From the NCBI GenBank assembly GCA_016866775.1, contig VGLJ01000006.1, positions 50,315-114,314 on the forward strand: a stretch of DNA of 64,000 nt, given 5' to 3'. This stretch comes from Candidatus Rokuibacteriota bacterium. Its GTDB lineage: Bacteria; Methylomirabilota; Methylomirabilia; Rokubacteriales; CSP1-6. The notes below the pieces were generated by a model. It was not told where the DNA came from. It worked only from the letters and a program-made list of their open reading frames with translations, and did no database searches. Every line of letters starts with the position of its first letter. The stretch's first letter is position 1. Made by a program: the position numbers and the translations under genes. This document shows positions 58,843-64,000 of this stretch, piece by piece.

Positions 58843-59972
58843 AGGGCAAGCCCATGCGCCTCGAGACGCTCGCGGTGCACGCCGGCCGCCGTGTGGATCC
58901 GACGACCGGCGCCGTCGCGCCGCCCATTCACCTCTCGACCACGTTCGAGCGTGATCCGGACGGCAGCTACTCGCGCGGCCATCTCTACGCGCGCAACAGC
59001 AACCCGACGCGCGAGGCGCTCGAAGCGTGCCTCGCGGCGCTCGAGGGCGGGGCGGCCGCGGCGGCGTTCGCGTCCGGCTCCGCGGCGACGGCGGCGGTGT
59101 TCCAGGCGCTGAGCCCGGGCGATCACGTCGTCGCGCCGCACGACGCGTACCACGGCACGGGACGGCTGCTGCGCGAGACGTTCACCCGGTGGGGTCTCGC
59201 GACCACGTTCGCCGACATGACGAATCCGGCGGAGGTCCAGCGCGCGCTGCGTCCCACGACGCGCGTGGTCTGGGTCGAGACGCCCTCGAATCCCATGTGG
59301 AAGGTGAGCGACATTCGCGCACTCGCCGCGCTCGCGCACGACGCCGGCGCGCGGTGCGTCTGCGACAACACCGTCGCCACGCCCGTCGGCCAGTCGCCGC
59401 TCGAGCTGGGCGCGGACCTCATCGTGCACGCGACGACGAAGTACCTCGGCGGGCACGGCGACCTGATGGGCGGCGCGGTCATCGCGCGCGTGGCGGACGA
59501 CATGCTGGAGCGCGTGCGCGCGGTGCAGGCCTCGGGCGGCGGCATCCCGTCGCCGTTCGACTGCTGGCTCGTGCTGCGCGGGATCCAGACGTTGCCCTGG
59601 CGCGTGCGCGCGCATGGCGAGAACGCGCTGAAGCTCGCGCGCTTCCTCGCCGAGCATCGTCGCGTGGAGGCCGTGCACTACCCCGGGCTGCCGAGCCATC
59701 CCGCCCACGCGCTGGCGGCGCGGCAGATGCGCTGCTTCTCGGGGATGCTCTCGTTCCAGGTCCGCGGCAGCGCGGCCGAGGCGCTGGGCGTGGCCGCCAA
59801 GGTGCGCGTCTTCACGCGCGCGACGAGCTTCGGCGGCACGGACAGCCTCATCGAGCATCGCGCGTCGGTCGAAGGCCCGAACTCGCGCACGCCCGACAAT
59901 CTCCTGCGCGTGTCGGTCGGCCTGGAGCACGCGGACGATCTCATCGCCGACCTCGAGGAGGCGCTGTCGTGA
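58839..59972 (+). CDS. Cys/Met metabolism PLP enzyme (cystathionine gamma-synthase/lyase)
   Basis: YARNSNPT, ETPSNP, DNT, ATTKYLGGHGD and RVSVGLE. Confidence 0.92.
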   Translation: MKGKPMRLETLAVHAGRRVDPTTGAVAPPIHLSTTFERDPDGSYSRGHLYARNSNPTREALEACLAALEGGAAAAAFASGSAATAAVFQALSPGDHVVAPHDAYHGTGRLLRETFTRWGLATTFADMTNPAEVQRALRPTTRVVWVETPSNPMWKVSDIRALAALAHDAGARCVCDNTVATPVGQSPLELGADLIVHATTKYLGGHGDLMGGAVIARVADDMLERVRAVQASGGGIPSPFDCWLVLRGIQTLPWRVRAHGENALKLARFLAEHRRVEAVHYPGLPSHPAHALAARQMRCFSGMLSFQVRGSAAEALGVAAKVRVFTRATSFGGTDSLIEHRASVEGPNSRTPDNLLRVSVGLEHADDLIADLEEALS

Positions 59973-60706
59973 GTCTTCAAGATCGGACCGCGCTCGTCAC
60001 CGGCGGCGCGCGCGGCATCGGGCTCGCGATCACCGAGCGGCTCGTCGCGGAGGGGGCGCGCGTCCTCATCGCCGATCTCGACGGCACCGCGGCGAAGGAC
60101 GTCACGAACCGGCACGGAGACGCCGTGGCGGCGCTCGTCGCCGACGTCACGCGGACCGATCACGTGGAGCGCGTGGTGAAGGCGCCGATCGAGCGCTGGG
60201 GCCGCCTCGACATCGTCGTCAACAACGCGGGGATCACCGGCCGCTCGTTCCCGATCCAGGACCTGACCGACGAGGACTGGCAGAAGGTCATCGCCGCCGA
60301 TCTCACCAGCGTGTTCCTCGTCTGCCGCGCGGCGATCCGTCACATGCTCGGCGCCGGCGGCGGCCGCATCGTCAACATCGCGTCGATCGCGGGCAAGGAA
60401 GGCAACCCGACGCTGGTGCCGTACTCCGCGGCCAAGGCGGGCGTCATCGGCCTCACGAAGGCGCTCGCGAAAGAGGTCGCGACGCGGAACATCTTCGTGA
60501 ACGCAGTGGCGCCCGCGGTGATCGGCACCGACCTGCTCAAGCAGATGGAGCCGTCGACGGTCGACCTGCTCGTGTCGAAGATCCCGATGGGCCGCGTCGG
60601 CACGCCGCAGGAAGTCGCCGCGCTGGTCGCGTGGCTCGTGTCCGACGAGTGCTCCTTCTCGACGGGCGCGGTCTACGACCTCTCGGGTGGCCGCGCGAGC
60701 TATTGA
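59969..60706 (+). CDS. SDR oxidoreductase
   Basis: TGGARGIG, NNAGI, YSAAK and DLSGGRASY. Confidence 0.92.
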   Translation: MSLQDRTALVTGGARGIGLAITERLVAEGARVLIADLDGTAAKDVTNRHGDAVAALVADVTRTDHVERVVKAPIERWGRLDIVVNNAGITGRSFPIQDLTDEDWQKVIAADLTSVFLVCRAAIRHMLGAGGGRIVNIASIAGKEGNPTLVPYSAAKAGVIGLTKALAKEVATRNIFVNAVAPAVIGTDLLKQMEPSTVDLLVSKIPMGRVGTPQEVAALVAWLVSDECSFSTGAVYDLSGGRASY

Positions 60707-60709
60707 CAC

Positions 60710-60742
60710 GGGGGGCCGCCTCTAGCGGCCCCCCAAGCCCCC
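60710..60742 (+). repeat. Dispersed palindromic repeat, copy E (variant)
   Basis: GGGGGGCCGC-CTCTA-GCGGCCCCCC followed by AAGCCCCC. Confidence 0.6.
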
Positions 60743-60849
60743 ACGCTCCGGACGATGGCAAAGCCACCGCCCTCCGCGAGTGCCGTTGCCTGTATCCGAT
60801 TGTGGACCGGCGCGCGCTCAGCCAGTACCGGCCGTAGGCCTCAGAGACG

Positions 60850-61622
60850 CTAGTCGCCCTTCCGGCGCAGCTCGAAGTTGTCGAAGTCGACCACGACGCT
60901 GCCGGCCTCATCCGGAATGCCGACCCCCAATCCGACCTTGCCGCCGGAGAAAGAGCGTTCCCGGTAGACGGCGACGACGGTGGAATTGATGAGAAGCTCG
61001 ATGATGCTTTTCTCGACCACGACACCGAAGCGATTCGTGTCGTCGAGCTTGATCGGGACCGGCGTCCAGGTGATGAGGTCGTGGAGCTTCGTTCCGTCGT
61101 AGCGCCTGAGGATATAGAACGTCCCCTTCGGGCCACGGCCGACGACGAACGAGTAGTCGCTGTTCGTGACCATGCCGAACAGCAGGGAGATCTGCTGGTC
61201 CTTCGCGCGGCTCGCCACCAGCCGCGCGTCCACCGCGGCGTAAAAGTCCACGACCGGCCCGTACGGCGCCTCGATCACGCGTGCGGCGTCGCCCTTCGTG
61301 ACGAGATCCCACCGATACTTGCCTTCGACCATCCTCATGTCGAGTGTCGATCGCTCGTCAGGAACGCTCCCGGTCCGCACGCCGACGCGAGCGACGTGAA
61401 CGTCTCGGAGGCGACGGACGGCCAGTCCGTGGGTGTCGCCGTCGTCGAGGAGGCGGTCGCCGCCGCGGGTCGGGTCGTCTCGGCGCGAGGCTTGTCGCTC
61501 TGCGTGATCCCGAGATACACTCCGCCGAGAGCCGCGACGAGGCCGGCGAGACCGGTCAGGATTCCCGGGGCCGACGTCCAGAAGGTCCGCGTCCTCCAGA
61601 ACGCCCGCTTGGCGTTGGGCAT
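60850..61622 (-). CDS. Membrane-anchored protein with a DUF1080/LamG-like beta-sandwich (frameshift near 61380)
   Basis: The TM and Thr-rich linker ORF continues in the next frame to ...IELLIN...GKVGLGV...VDFDNFEL. Confidence 0.6.
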
Positions 61623-61635
61623 CGCGGCGTCCGCG

Positions 61636-62637
61636 TTACGACGCGTTCGGGGTGATCACCGTCTTCGCGCCGCGCCCGGCCGTCGCGTGGGCGAACGCGT
61701 CGGCGATCTTCTCCAGCGGGAACCGCGCGGTCACGAGCGGCTTCGCCCTGAGCTTCGGCATCAGCGCCAGCGCGCGGCGGAACGCGGTGCCGCGGCCGAA
61801 CGCGCCGCCGATCCGGATCTCGCGGAAGTGTACGTCGAACAGATCGAGCGGCAGCGCGCTGCCCTTCGGATTCACGCCGACGAGCTGGAAGTAGCCCGTC
61901 GGCCGCGTCAGCGCGAGCGTCTCCTTCACGAGCTCCGGCTTGCCGACGGCCTCGCAGACGACGTCGGCACCGCGTCCCTTCGTCAGCTCCATCACGCGGT
62001 CGCGCAGATTCTCGCGTATCGGATCGATCACGACCGTCGCGCCGAGCTTCTTCGCGGCGTTGCGCCGGTCCTCGATCGGGTCCGACAGCACGAGACGCTT
62101 CGCGCCGCGCACGCGCGCGATCGCCATGGTGAGCAGGCCCATGATCCCGCCGCCGACCACGACCACCGTGGCGTTCTTCGGCATCCGGAATTGCTCGAGC
62201 CCCGAGAGGCAGCACGCCGCCGGCTCGGTGAGCGCCGCGGTCACCGGGTCGAAGCCGCGCGGCAGCGGATGCACGCACGCGGCGGGCAGCGCCACGCGCT
62301 CGGCGAAGCCGCCCACGCGCGTGCACCGCGCGCACTGACTGATCCGGCCCTCGGCGCAGTCGGCGCATGCGCCGCAGCCGTACGACGGCTCGCACGCGAC
62401 GGCCTTGCCGACGAGGCTCTTGCTGACGCCGCGCCCGACCTCGCGCACCCTGCCGGTGTACTCGTGCCCCATGACGAGCGGCGGCGTCCACGGAAAGAGA
62501 CCCTGCGTCGCGTGGATGTCGGTGCCGCAGATGCCCGCGGCCTGGATGTCGACGACGACCCAGCCGGGCTTGACCGTGGGCTCGGGCGCTTCGTCGATCG
62601 TGAACCTGTCGCTGCCGCGCCACGTCGCGACTTTCAT
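61636..62637 (-). CDS. Zn-dependent alcohol dehydrogenase (MDR)
   Basis: GICGTD, GHE, CGACADC...C and GGGIMG. Confidence 0.93.
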   Translation of the reverse strand: MKVATWRGSDRFTIDEAPEPTVKPGWVVVDIQAAGICGTDIHATQGLFPWTPPLVMGHEYTGRVREVGRGVSKSLVGKAVACEPSYGCGACADCAEGRISQCARCTRVGGFAERVALPAACVHPLPRGFDPVTAALTEPAACCLSGLEQFRMPKNATVVVVGGGIMGLLTMAIARVRGAKRLVLSDPIEDRRNAAKKLGATVVIDPIRENLRDRVMELTKGRGADVVCEAVGKPELVKETLALTRPTGYFQLVGVNPKGSALPLDLFDVHFREIRIGGAFGRGTAFRRALALMPKLRAKPLVTARFPLEKIADAFAHATAGRGAKTVITPNAS

Positions 62638-63794
62638 GGGAAGAGCCTCCTCGTGGCCAGCGCCGCGCCCTCGCTGAGCGCGCGCAGCTTCGCCCACACC
62701 ACGCTCGGCGCCACGTTCTCCGAGCCCGCGAACGTCCCGAAGCCGCAATCCGTCGACGCGATGACCCGTGTCCGGTCGCCGACCGCGTCGACCGCCTGCG
62801 CGATCCGGTCGGCCACGACCTCGGGATGCTCGACGTAGTTCGTCGTCGAGTCGATCACGCCGGGGATCAGCAGCATCCCGTCCGGCAGCGGATGGCGCTT
62901 GAGCACCTTGTACTCGTGGGCGTGGCGCGGGTTCGCGAACGGAATCGACAGCGCGCCGCCGCGCGCGCGATAGAGCAGCGGCAGCACCGCCTCCATCGGG
63001 ACGTCGTGCGTGTGCGGGCCGTCGTAGTTGCCCCAGCAGACGTGGAGCCGGATGCGATCGGCCGGGATGCCCTCGGTGGCCTGGTTGATCGCGTCGACGT
63101 GGAGCTTCACCATCTCCTGGAACCGCTCCAGCGGGTCGTGCTGGAAGAAGCGCACGCGCTCCATGGCGAGGTCGGGACAGTCGACCTGCAGCACGAACCC
63201 GCGGCGGTGGATGAGCGCGTACTCCTGTTTGATCTCGCGCGCCAGCGCGGTCACGTAGCGCTCGTGCGACCGGTAGTGCGCGTCGAGCAGGATCGTCGCC
63301 ATCACGCCGGGGGACGCCGCGGTCATGAAGCGCTCGACGAACTTCTTCGGGTTCGCCTCGGTCGCGCGCTCGAAGAGGTCGCACTCGCGCGTCGCCGGGG
63401 CGAGATCCGTGTACTTCACCTCCGCGACCGCTTGCGGAGCGTTCGCGATGCGCGCGGCGGCGCTCCTGCGGCGCGCCAGCATCTCGGCGTAGTCGGGGAA
63501 GTCGACGAGGTCGCGCGCGAGCGGCCGCTTGCTCTCCCCGCCGAAGCCCTGCATGCGGTCGACGACGTAGGTGGAGAACCCCGGGCGCGGCTGCTCGCCG
63601 TCGTTGCCGACGTCGATGCCCGCGTCGAGCTGCCGCCCGACCACGTCGCGGATCGCGGCCTCGGTCGCGCGCTCGAGCGCCGCGCCGTCGACGGCCTCGC
63701 CGCGATCGGCGCGCACGAGCAGGTCGCGGAGCGCGGGCGGGCGGGGAATGCTGCCGACGTGCGTGGTCAGGATCCGATCGTCGCTGCGTCGCAT
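62634..63794 (-). CDS. Cobalamin-independent methionine synthase II (single-barrel MetE-like) family protein
   Basis: TTHVGS.PRP, DGE, HVCWGN, PGVID and DCGF. Confidence 0.9.
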   Translation of the reverse strand: MRRSDDRILTTHVGSIPRPPALRDLLVRADRGEAVDGAALERATEAAIRDVVGRQLDAGIDVGNDGEQPRPGFSTYVVDRMQGFGGESKRPLARDLVDFPDYAEMLARRRSAAARIANAPQAVAEVKYTDLAPATRECDLFERATEANPKKFVERFMTAASPGVMATILLDAHYRSHERYVTALAREIKQEYALIHRRGFVLQVDCPDLAMERVRFFQHDPLERFQEMVKLHVDAINQATEGIPADRIRLHVCWGNYDGPHTHDVPMEAVLPLLYRARGGALSIPFANPRHAHEYKVLKRHPLPDGMLLIPGVIDSTTNYVEHPEVVADRIAQAVDAVGDRTRVIASTDCGFGTFAGSENVAPSVVWAKLRALSEGAALATRRLFP

Positions 63795-63807
63795 GATGGT
63801 CCCTCTC

Positions 63808-64000
63808 TCAGCTGACGCGATACTTCCGAACCAGCGCTTCGTCCAGGACGATGCCGAAGCCCGGGCCGTTCGGCACGTCCATCATCCCGTCCTTGATCGC
63901 GGGGCGGTTCGCCCACACCGTCTGCCACATCGGGTCGCGCTCGGGATCGGCGAAGCACTCCGCATACGTGCCGTGGGGCACGGCCGCGAGGAGGTGCGAC
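63808..64000 (-). CDS. Mandelate racemase/muconate lactonizing enzyme family, C-terminal part
   Basis: ...HLLAAVPHGTYAEC...IKDGMMDVPNGPGFGIVLDE followed by a stop at 63808. Confidence 0.8.
   Translation of the reverse strand, partial: SHLLAAVPHGTYAECFADPERDPMWQTVWANRPAIKDGMMDVPNGPGFGIVLDEALVRKYRVS

Overview
A GC-rich bacterial chromosome segment with about 65 genes. Gene content suggests Candidatus Rokubacteria/Methylomirabilota, but that is inference only. No rRNA, tRNA, CRISPR array or transposase was seen. Housekeeping blocks include an opp/dpp transporter, cimA, ligA, a ccm cytochrome c maturation operon next to a cbb3-type oxidase cluster, htpX, yceD-rpmF-plsX-fabHDG-acpP-fabF-rnc-like, and a GlnA-like/SDR/ABC/Met-metabolism block. 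The main result is a selenoprotein redox operon (15394-17606) that the ORF track misses or splits. It encodes a glutaredoxin/NrdH-like protein with an in-frame UGA in a U-G-P-C active site, a ferredoxin:thioredoxin reductase catalytic subunit, a conserved hypothetical partner and a UGSC-family selenoprotein. Each UGA is followed by a SECIS-like hairpin. Other signals are two perfect sigma54 promoters, pervasive leaderless gene starts, a ~35-nt dispersed palindromic repeat that has entered coding sequences, a degenerate RNase III, a Cys-less thiolase fold and an apparent MFS-hydrolase fusion. Several single-base frameshifts look like uncorrected long-read errors, so pseudogene calls are tentative.
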